Positions 27,769 to 37,661 of a stretch of DNA of 64,000 nucleotides are shown here, piece by piece (the first letter of the stretch is position 1; every line of letters begins with the position of its first letter). Origin of the DNA: Candidatus Latescibacterota bacterium (GTDB lineage: Bacteria > Latescibacterota > UBA2968); assembly GCA_965222605.1 (NCBI GenBank), contig OZ244960.1, positions 3,072,001 through 3,136,000 on the forward strand, written 5' to 3'. The position numbers and the translations under genes were made by a program. The notes beneath the pieces are model-generated. The model was not told the DNA's origin and did no database searches. It saw only the letters and a list, made by a program, of their open reading frames with translations.

Positions 27769-28446
27769 CTATCCTCTGATGTTTTCTGTGACGACATGGC
27801 CGTCGAACAAGTGGATGATGCGATGGGCGTATCCCGCGTCGTGCGAGTTGTGAGTTACCATGACGATTGTCGTGCCGTTTTTGTTCAATTCGGTCAACAG
27901 ATCCATGACCTCGTTGCCGTTTGCCGAGTCCAGATTACCCGTTGGCTCGTCTGCGAGGATGATATTGGGATTTGATATGACGGCTCTCGCCACGGCTACG
28001 CGCTGCTGCTGACCGCCTGACAGTTGCTGCGGGAAATGCTTTTCGCGGTGTTTGATGCCCATGTATTCCAGCGATTCATTTAGGCGCTGTTTGCGCTCGC
28101 TGGCTGGTAAGCCCAGGTATAACAGGGGCAATTCCACGTTTTCGGCTACGGTGAGTTCGTCGATGAGATTGAAACTTTGAAACACAAAGCCGATGTTCGA
28201 CTTGCGGGTATTGGCTCTTTGCCGCTCGGTGTGTTTGGATACTTCTTCACTGTTCAGAAAGTATTCCCCGCCGGTCGGATTGTCCAGCAGGCCAATCACG
28301 TTCAAGAGCGTGGATTTGCCGCAGCCCGACGGTCCCATAACGGCGACAAAATCGCCTTCGTCAATGTCTACATTGACATTGTTCAGGGCGGTTGTTTCCA
28401 CTTCTTCTGTGGTATAGACTTTCTGGAGGTTGACGGTTTTGATCAT
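27769..28446 (-). CDS. ABC transporter ATP-binding protein
   Basis: GPSGCGKST, LSGGQQQRVAVAR and LADEPTGNLD. Confidence 0.95.
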   Translation of the reverse strand: MIKTVNLQKVYTTEEVETTALNNVNVDIDEGDFVAVMGPSGCGKSTLLNVIGLLDNPTGGEYFLNSEEVSKHTERQRANTRKSNIGFVFQSFNLIDELTVAENVELPLLYLGLPASERKQRLNESLEYMGIKHREKHFPQQLSGGQQQRVAVARAVISNPNIILADEPTGNLDSANGNEVMDLLTELNKNGTTIVMVTHNSHDAGYAHRIIHLFDGHVVTENIRG

Positions 28447-28480
28447 TGTGAAACTCCTTTTGTAAAAAGCGATTAGCGTA

Positions 28481-29836
28481 CTACTTTAAAATCAATTTGT
28501 CGATTTCTTCGTAATTATCGTATGACGATGTGACCACGCGCTCGCCAGGGGAGAGGCCGGCGAGGACTTCGAAGTATTCGGGGCTTTGGCGTCCAATGCG
28601 TACGTCGCGGCGTACGGCTTCATCGCCTTCGACTACAAATACCCAGTTGCCGCCTGTTGTTTGATAAAAGCCACCGCGGGGCAGCAACAGGGCTTCTTCG
28701 GGTGCGTCGAGTTCCAATCGTATCTGTTCTGTTTGACCGCGCCGAATGCTTTGAGGTGTCGCATCGATAAAATCCATATCGACTTCAAATTGTCCCTCTA
28801 CGACTTCGGGGAAAACGCGACGGATTGTTAGTTCATAAGTTTCATCGCCGATTTCAATGGTGCCTTTGAGTCCTCTGGTGATTCTCGTGATGTAAAATTC
28901 ATCAATGCCCACCCGCATTTTATAGGCGTCGAGTACATCGACCTGACCAATGCGCCTTCCCCTGTTTAACAATTGGCCGATTTCTGCGTTTAATTGGGAC
29001 AATTGTCCGGCAATGGGCGCGCGTACGGTCAGGTTTTCCAACGGGCGGCGCACATGGTCCAATTGCCGTTGCAAGCTCTGGGCGCGCGTGTCCAGTGCAG
29101 CGAGTTGGTTGATGCGATACAGCGAGTCCTGGCGTACTGTTTCCAATGCAAATGATTTGCGTTTTTGATCGTTTTGATATCGATCTCGCGCAATTTCAAA
29201 TTGGTCTTTGGAACTCAATCCGCGTTCATACAAAACTTTCTGTTTATTGTATCGGCGTTCTGATTCCCGCAAATTCAATTCAACGCGCATCAGTTCTTCG
29301 CGGTTGCGAATGGCCCGAGCTTCCACATTTAACCGCGTGTTTTCCATGTTGTTAATTTGTTCAAACAAGTTGGCTTCCTGGGTTAAAATATTTTGTTCCA
29401 GGGTTGGATTTGACAATTTCAAAATGGGCGTGCCTTTTTCGACCATTGTTCCTTCTTCCAGGAAAAGTTCCCCTATTTGTCCGCCTTCCAGTGCGTCGAG
29501 ATAATATGTTTGAATCGGCAATACGGTGCCGCGTTGAACGGTAAATTCCTGAAAGGGGCCGCGTGTGACTTCCGAAATGGTAATCCGCTCGACCTGTACA
29601 TTGAGTCTGGCGCTGTGGTCGCCAAAGATCGCCATGTAGATCACGGCACACACAAACGCCGCGATTGCGCCTATGCTCGCAATGCGCTTTGGTGTCCATA
29701 TTTTCTTTTCGACTCTGCGGTCCATGCCGTCCTCGCCCGTGGTGCCTGTTGCCGGTTGGGACGAGGAAGACCCGCTGCCTACAAAGCTGGGCACGGCTTT
29801 CTTTTTTGGCGCATTATCTTGTTCGGGCGTTGACAC
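28481..29836 (-). CDS. Efflux membrane-fusion/periplasmic adaptor protein (HlyD/MacA-like)
   Basis: N-terminal TM segment, long coiled coil, VRAPIAG and GLSPGERVV. Confidence 0.88.
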   Translation of the reverse strand: MSTPEQDNAPKKKAVPSFVGSGSSSSQPATGTTGEDGMDRRVEKKIWTPKRIASIGAIAAFVCAVIYMAIFGDHSARLNVQVERITISEVTRGPFQEFTVQRGTVLPIQTYYLDALEGGQIGELFLEEGTMVEKGTPILKLSNPTLEQNILTQEANLFEQINNMENTRLNVEARAIRNREELMRVELNLRESERRYNKQKVLYERGLSSKDQFEIARDRYQNDQKRKSFALETVRQDSLYRINQLAALDTRAQSLQRQLDHVRRPLENLTVRAPIAGQLSQLNAEIGQLLNRGRRIGQVDVLDAYKMRVGIDEFYITRITRGLKGTIEIGDETYELTIRRVFPEVVEGQFEVDMDFIDATPQSIRRGQTEQIRLELDAPEEALLLPRGGFYQTTGGNWVFVVEGDEAVRRDVRIGRQSPEYFEVLAGLSPGERVVTSSYDNYEEIDKLILK

Positions 29837-29970
29837 GTTTCTTTCCTCTATCTAAAATTTGGTGTGTCATAGAATGCTGAATGAGAAAAATAGTCATACT
29901 TTGAACAATATTCAACTTTGTTTTGCGTCAATGTGCCTCTATCACATCCCCATCCTCGATTGTTACTCAT

Positions 29971-30176
29971 TCATTCAGGTAGCGTGAACGTATAAAAATA
30001 GTAAGCAATTCCTGTGCCAAAAACTTCTTTTCTATGTTTTACAAGTAGTTATGAAAATTTGTGTCATGAACGCAGTTCAATAAGTGTCCGATTTTGATAC
30101 AGTAGTGTCCGAAAATGAACACTTAAACTAAAAACAGGCACATTATTTTTAGTTCAATGTGCCTGCTGTATTAGCC
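29971..30176 (-). promoter_or_regulatory. sigma-54 promoter block, copy 1: -24/-12 TGGCAC-AGGAA-TTGCT at 30019-30004, upstream tandem TGTCCG..ACA enhancer-like sites and a hairpin
   Basis: Consensus TGGCAC-N5-TTGC; GTGTCCGATTTTGATACA and GTGTCCGAAAATGAACAC; hairpin CAGGCACATT..AATGTGCCTG. Near-identical to 40144-40348. Confidence 0.8.
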
Positions 30177-30221
30177 ATATCTATCGAGCAACCTGTAAGA
30201 GAAAGAATGAGATGCTTGTTT

Positions 30222-32681
30222 TTACTCCGTCCGCAAGGCATCCACTGGATTTGTCCGTGCGGCTTTGAGTGCTTGATAGGTCATGGTTGCGAGTGCGAGC
30301 AAGAGAGCGAGAACACCGCCTATGAGAAAATACATAGGGTGCAGGTCGATGCGATAGGCGAAGTCCTGCAACCATCTGCCCACAAACAGATAGGCTATGG
30401 GACAGGCGATCACGCTGGCGACTATTACGAGTTTGACAAATTCTTTGGCTAATAAATTGAAAATACTGAACACCGATGCGCCCAGGACTTTCCGAATGCC
30501 AATTTCTTTTGTTTTTTGTTCTGCGCGAAACGAAATCAGGCCAAGCAGTCCCAGGCATGCTACGAAAATTGTCAATCCGGAAAACACTGTTAGTGCATTC
30601 CCCGTGCGAATTTCATTTTGATAACGCACGCGTGTCAGGTCATCATTCAAAATCCAAAAAGTAAATGGTATTTGTGGTAAAAACTCGCGCCATGTTTTCT
30701 CTATAAAAGCAAGGGTTTCCTGCATGTTCTGTGTGCTCAATTTGAGGTAGAGATATTTGCCCGCTCCCGTACGAGTTTTGAATGTAACGGGTCGAATGGC
30801 ATTGTGCAATGTTTGAACGTGAAAGTTTTTTATTACACCTACTACATATCCCTCGGGTCCATTTTTTTCTTTAAAACGCTTGCCAATCGGTTCGTCCCAT
30901 CCAAGCTGCTGTACGGCTGTTTCATTTAAGATATAAGGCTGGCCTTTTTCTCGATACTCTCGCACTTTTTTTTCATATTCTTGCAACTCACCAGGATTTT
31001 TTATTGTTTCTGGTAGCTTTGGTGGTTCTGGTGCCAGACGGCCTGCTACCAGTTCGATATTGAAGAAGTCCAGATAATCGCGGTCGATATCAAATACGCC
31101 CATCTGCCAGTCGGCGTCATCGGCCCGAAAAGTATCGGTTGTGATGTACCCGCCTTGCGGGAAACGCGTGGCTGTTGCTTTCACGATATTTGGGTGTGCC
31201 ATGAACACCTGTTTTACCGTGGGAATACGCCATCTCAGATCTTCTGACCCACCGTGATGTAGTTGCCGAGAATAGATGAAAATCGGTATGCCGACCACGA
31301 GTTTTTTGTCAAATCCGAGGTCTTTATTTCGGATATACGTTAGTTGTTCTTGTACGACAACAGTACCTGTGATGAAAGCAATTGAAATTGCAAATTGGAA
31401 GACCACCAGGGCTTTTCGCAGCCCAACGTGTTTCGATCCCGGTATCCAATCCCCTTTCATCACCTGTGTGGGCAAAAAGGATGAGAGTACAAATGCGGGA
31501 TAACTTCCCGCGAGTACACCCACGGCAAGTCCAAACCCGATCAACCCGACCAGCCACCACAGATTTTCACTGCTGTGCAATATCAGATCTCGTTGAATAA
31601 AACTGTTAAACCGTGGCAGGACCAGTTCGACTAAGGCGAGTGCCACCATCATTGCAGTTAGTGCCATCAGTATTGATTCGCCCAAAAATTGTCCGATCAA
31701 TTGTTGGCGAGATGCGCCCACCACTTTTCGCAATCCCACCTCACGCGCTCTGGAAGACGAACGCGCTGTTGAGAGATTCATAAAGTTGACACAGGCGAGT
31801 ACCAGAATAAAACTCGCTACGAGACCAAAGGCATACACCTGCTTGATATCGCCATATTCCGCATGGCTATAAAGATGCACGCGCGTGAGGGGCTGCAATA
31901 TGTACCGGGTCGTTTGGCGCACTTCATCTCCCATGTATTGCGCCATAAAATCGGGTAGTTTTTGTTCTAATGCGCGATGGTCGTAGCTTTTGGGCAACAG
32001 GACATATGTAAAAAAGGGACGATAAGCACCCGTGGGCTGCCATATAGACCACCTGTTGGCCAGATTGCCTTTTGGGGTAGCGGTCAGGCAATCGAAATAA
32101 AAGGTCGAGTTGGGCAGAAAGTCGCGCACAATACCCGTCACAAAATATGTGCCCGTACCGCTCAGTTCCTGGTGATCCACTTGCAGTACTTTCCCTATCG
32201 GATTCTGGTTTTGAAAGAACTTGTGTGCCATTGATTCCGTTAGCACCATCGAACCCGGCTGGGTCAATGCCGTGGCTGGATCACCGGTTACAAACGGGAT
32301 TGTAAATACATTGAAAATTTCTCGGTCTGCCACACACACGTCTTGCTGCAAAAAGTGGTTGTCAGTTTTGACCCATGCGGTAAGCAGTCGTGTGCGGATG
32401 GCTTCCTGCACTTCGGGGAAATCGCGCTTTAATGCCGGTGCCAATGCGCCAGATGCACGCGGACTGACCGATGTTGTATTCTCCATTGAAACTGAGCGGA
32501 AGATGCGATAAATGCGGGTTGCATTGACATGGTGTTGGTCGTAGCTAAACTCGTACTGAATGTAGAGGGCGATCAAAATTACAGACGCCATCCCAATTGC
32601 CAGGCCCAGAATATTAATTGCTGTCAATCCCCTGTTTTTTAGCAGGGTGCGAATGGTGGCTGTGAGATAACTGCGAAACAT
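30222..32681 (-). CDS. ABC transporter permease (paralogue A'), close copy of 35160-37640
   Basis: Permease motifs; long stretches identical to the 826-aa ORF. Confidence 0.92.
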   Translation of the reverse strand: MFRSYLTATIRTLLKNRGLTAINILGLAIGMASVILIALYIQYEFSYDQHHVNATRIYRIFRSVSMENTTSVSPRASGALAPALKRDFPEVQEAIRTRLLTAWVKTDNHFLQQDVCVADREIFNVFTIPFVTGDPATALTQPGSMVLTESMAHKFFQNQNPIGKVLQVDHQELSGTGTYFVTGIVRDFLPNSTFYFDCLTATPKGNLANRWSIWQPTGAYRPFFTYVLLPKSYDHRALEQKLPDFMAQYMGDEVRQTTRYILQPLTRVHLYSHAEYGDIKQVYAFGLVASFILVLACVNFMNLSTARSSSRAREVGLRKVVGASRQQLIGQFLGESILMALTAMMVALALVELVLPRFNSFIQRDLILHSSENLWWLVGLIGFGLAVGVLAGSYPAFVLSSFLPTQVMKGDWIPGSKHVGLRKALVVFQFAISIAFITGTVVVQEQLTYIRNKDLGFDKKLVVGIPIFIYSRQLHHGGSEDLRWRIPTVKQVFMAHPNIVKATATRFPQGGYITTDTFRADDADWQMGVFDIDRDYLDFFNIELVAGRLAPEPPKLPETIKNPGELQEYEKKVREYREKGQPYILNETAVQQLGWDEPIGKRFKEKNGPEGYVVGVIKNFHVQTLHNAIRPVTFKTRTGAGKYLYLKLSTQNMQETLAFIEKTWREFLPQIPFTFWILNDDLTRVRYQNEIRTGNALTVFSGLTIFVACLGLLGLISFRAEQKTKEIGIRKVLGASVFSIFNLLAKEFVKLVIVASVIACPIAYLFVGRWLQDFAYRIDLHPMYFLIGGVLALLLALATMTYQALKAARTNPVDALRTE

Positions 32682-32699
32682 ACCGATCTCCTGATGCCG

Positions 32700-32796
32700 T
32701 TTTCAACGAGGGTTAGTATCCCGGCAGCGCCGAAAATACCGATGCCCAATTCAATGCGATACGCGAAAGGGTGAATGTATAAAAATAGTAAGCAAT
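32700..32796 (-). pseudogene. Deletion scar: truncated sigma-54 promoter remnant joined to a permease C-terminal fragment
   Basis: 32771-32796 GTGAATGTATAAAAATAGTAAGCAAT matches 29984-30009. The adjacent minus-strand frame encodes FAYRIELGIGIFGAAGILTLV. Confidence 0.7.
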
Positions 32797-32854
32797 AGAT
32801 CCGCCCACCGACAAGTATGATTCCATTGGCCGAGACAAAAGTCAAGAAGGTCAT

Positions 32855-35104
32855 TTATTCTACAATACGGAAATAGACGTATTTCCTATCCGTCTGCTCA
32901 GTCCGCTTGTCTTTCGCCAGCACCGTCAATTGATAAATCCCTGGAGGCACCTGATTTACATCAATCTGCAAATATGTAAAATCATTTTCTTCGTAACCTT
33001 CATAATCGGCTGTTACTGTGCGGATCACATCACTGTCCTGTGAGCGTTCGATCTTCAAATCTTGAGCCTCTATATGATGCACTTGGCCCCTGATACTTAT
33101 ATCAATCTCTGTTTTTCCCAGAGCATCGAGTACTTTTTGAGACATAAATAACTCTGGAGATACTGTATCTACTTCTGGCTTGCTAATGGTATAGGAGATT
33201 TGATAGTGTGTTCTTTCAAAATTATCGCGTTGCAAATCATAGAGTTCGAGATAAATGAAGATCGATTCTGATTGTGAAAATGTGCGTACAGGATTGGGGG
33301 TGATGATCAGATCATCGTGGTGTTCTGGAAACGCATTTCTCGCTTGAATATCACTCGCCACCAACAGATCACTCAGTTGAAAGGTCTCCTGGTCATACAA
33401 AAATTGTTCTTCATTGCGTGCTATACCAATTGCCCCCGATGTTTGATCCAATAGTTCGACAGAAAAATGATAGGTACCTTTGGGGACATACAACAGGCGC
33501 GAGACCAACAGGTGATTGTTTCGATGTCTTGCGGCTGCGTTTTCGGCAGGTATAGGCGGTGGCAATGCAAAGTTCGCGGATTTGCGATAGTCATATACTT
33601 CATCCCAATGCTCATCAAATAAGAACACACCATCCCAGAAGCTCACCTTGCCAGTTTCAGGGTTCTCTTTTAAGCGGTCTTTTGGAATCATATAGCTGAG
33701 TTCGACCCGCACGCTGTCTCGTTCTTGAAAGGTGGCGATCAGATAGGGTAAGGTGTATTTCCGATTTAGATATGGATCAACATAACGTTGTTCAGTTTTT
33801 AGAAAAACACGGTCTGAACGCTCCTCAAATCTGGCGGGATATACGTTTCGTCCTGGCGATCTTCTGAATACATTAGCTACAGCATTGGTATCATCAAATG
33901 CACTTGCCGCTCTGGATGGGCTTAAGCGTTTACCAGCGATCGCGAATCCACCGCCAAAACTCCACAGATCAGCACTATTCCCTGTAAAAACAATTTTAAA
34001 CTGTTCGTAAAACCAGGTTTCACGCATCCTCATTGAACCCGATTTTCGATAGCGAAATTTTCCAAATTTGATATAGGTTTTGCCCATATCAGTTTGCCAC
34101 CCTTCCACATCATCTGAAAATCGCCTGAACCGCAAATTTGAGTATGCCATGCGTCCAAAGTGTTCCATTTTTCTTTCGTTAAATTCTGACAAATAGAGCG
34201 GGTCCTGGCTTTTCCAAAAATTGTTGCGGCTTCGCAGTTCGTCAGACTGGCTAATGTTATCTTGCGACAATTGCACCACAGGAATATCCGGGTCTTCTTG
34301 TGGCTTGAGCAGATCAATGGATTCCATCAACTCGCGTTCACCCAGGCTCATTTGTTCCAGTGCCTGCCCATAGAATTGATGTGCATTATTAAATTCGCCC
34401 ACCTCATATTCAGCGAGACCGCAGAACAACAGCACATTCTTGTCTGTTGGATAGTGCATTTTCAGGTCTTTCATCAAGGCTTGAAAGTCAGAAAAACGCT
34501 GGCTTTCAAAATAGAGCATACCCAGCAAATAATAAGGTGTCTGATTCGCTGGATTCAATTGGATGCTTTTGAGCAATACTTGCTCGGCTTCCCTATTAGC
34601 CTTTGCAGCAAAGCCGCTAAAATCTCTATCTCTGGCTTTGGCTTCGTCCTTCATTGACAGATATTCGTACACCAAAGCCATACCAATACCATCAAGAGCT
34701 TCTGTATTTTTTGGGTGATGATTCACGACTTTCTTACACTGATTTAACGCTTCCTGCCAAAATCCCTGCGACCACATAATTTTTGCTCGTGTCAGTTGAT
34801 AGGCTGGATTCTTGTGATCTTGTTCGATTGCTTTCTGAATCATCTGTCTCGCTCGTTGTCGTCCGTTTACGCTATAATCCAACAGATGTAGTTTAGCCAG
34901 TTCGTTGTATGCAGGTGCATAAATTCTCTCTTCAGAAACAATCTCCTCGAAAGCCTTGATACTTTCCTTTCGACTCACCTGACCAACTTGCTCTACTGCG
35001 GCCTTAAACAATGCGTCTATTGTGGTTTCGCCTCTGGACGAGCCAGCACCAAAGATGCAAATCAACAGTATAAAATATTTATAAATCACTGATCTCGCTT
35101 TCAT
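32855..35104 (-). CDS. GWxTD domain-containing protein with N-terminal TPR repeats and signal peptide
   Basis: FWKSQDP..NERKMEHFGR..YSN..F..GWQTDMGKTYIKFG; TPR-like NPANQTPYYLLG; start MKARS. Confidence 0.85.
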   Translation of the reverse strand: MKARSVIYKYFILLICIFGAGSSRGETTIDALFKAAVEQVGQVSRKESIKAFEEIVSEERIYAPAYNELAKLHLLDYSVNGRQRARQMIQKAIEQDHKNPAYQLTRAKIMWSQGFWQEALNQCKKVVNHHPKNTEALDGIGMALVYEYLSMKDEAKARDRDFSGFAAKANREAEQVLLKSIQLNPANQTPYYLLGMLYFESQRFSDFQALMKDLKMHYPTDKNVLLFCGLAEYEVGEFNNAHQFYGQALEQMSLGERELMESIDLLKPQEDPDIPVVQLSQDNISQSDELRSRNNFWKSQDPLYLSEFNERKMEHFGRMAYSNLRFRRFSDDVEGWQTDMGKTYIKFGKFRYRKSGSMRMRETWFYEQFKIVFTGNSADLWSFGGGFAIAGKRLSPSRAASAFDDTNAVANVFRRSPGRNVYPARFEERSDRVFLKTEQRYVDPYLNRKYTLPYLIATFQERDSVRVELSYMIPKDRLKENPETGKVSFWDGVFLFDEHWDEVYDYRKSANFALPPPIPAENAAARHRNNHLLVSRLLYVPKGTYHFSVELLDQTSGAIGIARNEEQFLYDQETFQLSDLLVASDIQARNAFPEHHDDLIITPNPVRTFSQSESIFIYLELYDLQRDNFERTHYQISYTISKPEVDTVSPELFMSQKVLDALGKTEIDISIRGQVHHIEAQDLKIERSQDSDVIRTVTADYEGYEENDFTYLQIDVNQVPPGIYQLTVLAKDKRTEQTDRKYVYFRIVE

Positions 35105-35159
35105 GTTTCCCTCCGTATCTATCGTGCAACCTGTAAGAGAAAGAATGAGACCCCTGTTT

Positions 35160-37640
35160 TTACTCCGTCCGCAAAGCATCTACTGGATTTGTCCGGGCGG
35201 CTTTGAGTGCCTGATAGGTCATGGTTGTGAGTGCGAGCAAGAGAGCGAGAACACCGCCTATGAGAAAATACATAACGTGCAGATCGATGCGATAGGCGAA
35301 GTCCTGCAACCATCTGCCCGCAAACAGATAGGCTATGGGACAGGCGATCACACAGGCGATTATTACAAGTTTGACAAATTCTTTGGCTAATAGATTGAAA
35401 ATACTGAATATCGATGCGCCCAGGACTTTTCGAATGCCAATTTCTTTTGTTTTCTGTTCTGCGCGAAACGAAATCAGGCCGAGCAGTCCCAGGCAGGCTA
35501 CGAAAATTGTCAACCCGGAAAACACTGCAAGCGCATTTCCCGTGCGAATTTCATTTTGATAACGCACGCGTGTCAGATCATCATTCAAAAACCAAAAATT
35601 AAAAGGAATTTGAGGCAAAAACTGGTGCCATGTTTTCTCTATAAATGCGAGGGTTGCCGGTATGTTCTGTGTGCCCAATTTGAGATAGAGAAATTTGGCA
35701 CCTCCCGTAAAAACTCTGAATACAACGGGCTGAATGGCATTGTGCAATGTCTGAACGTGAAAATCTTTTACCACGCCTATCACATATCCCTCTGGCTCTT
35801 TTTTTTCCTTAAAACGCTTGCCAATCGGTTCGTCCCATCCGAGATGCTGTGCGGCTGTTTCATTTAAGATAAATGGTCGGCCTTTTTCTCGATATGCTTG
35901 CACCAATTCTCGATATTCTTGCAACTCCGCACGACTTTCTATTTTTTCTGGTAGTTTTAGTGGTTCTGGTGCCAGACGGCCTGCTACGAGTTCGATGTTG
36001 AAGAAGTCCAGAAAATCGCGGTCAATATCAAACAAGCCCATCTGCCAATCGGCGTCATCGGCTCGAAACGTATCGGTCGTATGAGATCCGCCTTGGTGAA
36101 AACGGGTGGCTGTTGCTTTTAAAATATTTGGGTGTGCCATGAACGCCTGTTTTACCGTGGGAATGCGCCGTCTCAGATCTTCTGATCCACCGTGATGTAG
36201 TTGCCGAGAATAGATGAAAATCGGTATGCCGACTATGAGTTCTTTGTCAAATCCGAGGTCTTTATTTCGGATATAAGCCAGTTGTTCTTGTACTACAACA
36301 GTACCTGTGATGAAAGCAATCGAAATTGCAAATTGGAAGATCACCAGGGCTTTTCGCAGCCCAACGTGTTTCGCTCCGGGTATCCAATCTCCTTTCATTA
36401 CCTGCGTGGGCAAAAAGGATGAGAGTACAAATGCGGGATAGCTTCCCGCGAGTACACCCACGCCCAGTCCAAACCCAATCAACCCGACCAGCCACCACAG
36501 ATTTTCACTTCTGTGCAATATCAGATCTCGCTGAATAAAGCCATTAAACCACGGCAAGACCAGTTCAACTACGGCGAGTGCCACTATCATTGCAGTTAGT
36601 GCCATCAGTACTGATTCGCCCAAAAATTGTCCGATCAATTGCCGGCGAGATGCGCCCACCACTTTTCGCAATCCCACCTCACGCGCTCTGGTGGATGAGC
36701 GCGCCGTTGAGAGATTCATAAAATTGACACAGGCGAGTACGAGAATAAAACCCGCGACAAGTCCAAATGCGTACACCTGCGTGATATCGCCATAGTCTCT
36801 AAACTGAAGCCCTAAATCCGGATGGGTATAAAGATGCACGCGCGTGAGGGGTTGCAATATGTACCGGGTCGTTTGGCGCACTTCATCTCCCATGTATCGC
36901 GTTATCAAATCGGGCAGTTTTTGCGCTAATGCGCGATGGTCGTAGCCTTCGGGCAATAGGAGATATGTCAAAAAGGGACGATAAGCACCCGTGGGTTGCC
37001 ATATAGACCACATGTCCACCAACGCCCCCACTGGCGTGGCGGTCAGGCAATCGAAATAAAAGGTCGAATTGGGCGGTAAGTCGCGCACAATACCCGTCAC
37101 AAAATATGTGCCCGTACCGCTCAGTTCCTGGTGATCCACTTGCAGTACTTTTCCTATCGGATTCTGGTTTTGAAAGAACTTGCGCGCCATTGATTCCGTT
37201 AGCACCATCGAACCCGGCTGGGTCAATGCCGTGGCTGGATCACCGGTTACAAACGGGATTGTAAATACATTGAAAATTTCTCGGTCTGCCACACACACGT
37301 CTTGCTGCAAAAAGTGGTTGTCAGTTTTGACCCATGCGGTGAGTAGTTGTGTGCGGATGGCTTCCTGCACTTCGGGGAAATCGCGCTTTAATGCCGGTGC
37401 CAGTGCGCCAGATGCACGCGGACTGACCGATGTTGTATTCTCCATTGAAACTGTGCGGAAGACGCGATAAATGCGGGTTGCATTGACATGATGTCGGTCG
37501 TAGCTAAATTCATACTGAATGTAGAGGGCGATCAAAATTACAGACGCCATCCCGATTGCCAGACCCAGAATATTAATCGCTGTCAATCCCCTGTTTTTTA
37601 GCAAGGTGCGAATGGTAGCTGTGATATAGCTGCGAAACAT
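35160..37640 (-). CDS. ABC transporter permease (paralogue A)
   Basis: Permease motifs; ends NPVDALRTE. Confidence 0.92.
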   Translation of the reverse strand: MFRSYITATIRTLLKNRGLTAINILGLAIGMASVILIALYIQYEFSYDRHHVNATRIYRVFRTVSMENTTSVSPRASGALAPALKRDFPEVQEAIRTQLLTAWVKTDNHFLQQDVCVADREIFNVFTIPFVTGDPATALTQPGSMVLTESMARKFFQNQNPIGKVLQVDHQELSGTGTYFVTGIVRDLPPNSTFYFDCLTATPVGALVDMWSIWQPTGAYRPFLTYLLLPEGYDHRALAQKLPDLITRYMGDEVRQTTRYILQPLTRVHLYTHPDLGLQFRDYGDITQVYAFGLVAGFILVLACVNFMNLSTARSSTRAREVGLRKVVGASRRQLIGQFLGESVLMALTAMIVALAVVELVLPWFNGFIQRDLILHRSENLWWLVGLIGFGLGVGVLAGSYPAFVLSSFLPTQVMKGDWIPGAKHVGLRKALVIFQFAISIAFITGTVVVQEQLAYIRNKDLGFDKELIVGIPIFIYSRQLHHGGSEDLRRRIPTVKQAFMAHPNILKATATRFHQGGSHTTDTFRADDADWQMGLFDIDRDFLDFFNIELVAGRLAPEPLKLPEKIESRAELQEYRELVQAYREKGRPFILNETAAQHLGWDEPIGKRFKEKKEPEGYVIGVVKDFHVQTLHNAIQPVVFRVFTGGAKFLYLKLGTQNIPATLAFIEKTWHQFLPQIPFNFWFLNDDLTRVRYQNEIRTGNALAVFSGLTIFVACLGLLGLISFRAEQKTKEIGIRKVLGASIFSIFNLLAKEFVKLVIIACVIACPIAYLFAGRWLQDFAYRIDLHVMYFLIGGVLALLLALTTMTYQALKAARTNPVDALRTE

Positions 37641-37661
37641 ATCGACCTCCTGTCGTTATTC

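Noticed and set aside
30222-37640. Diversity-generating retroelement acting on the permease pairs
   Set aside because: No reverse transcriptase in the window. Differences include indels and all base types, with no adenine-specific TR/VR pattern evident by eye.
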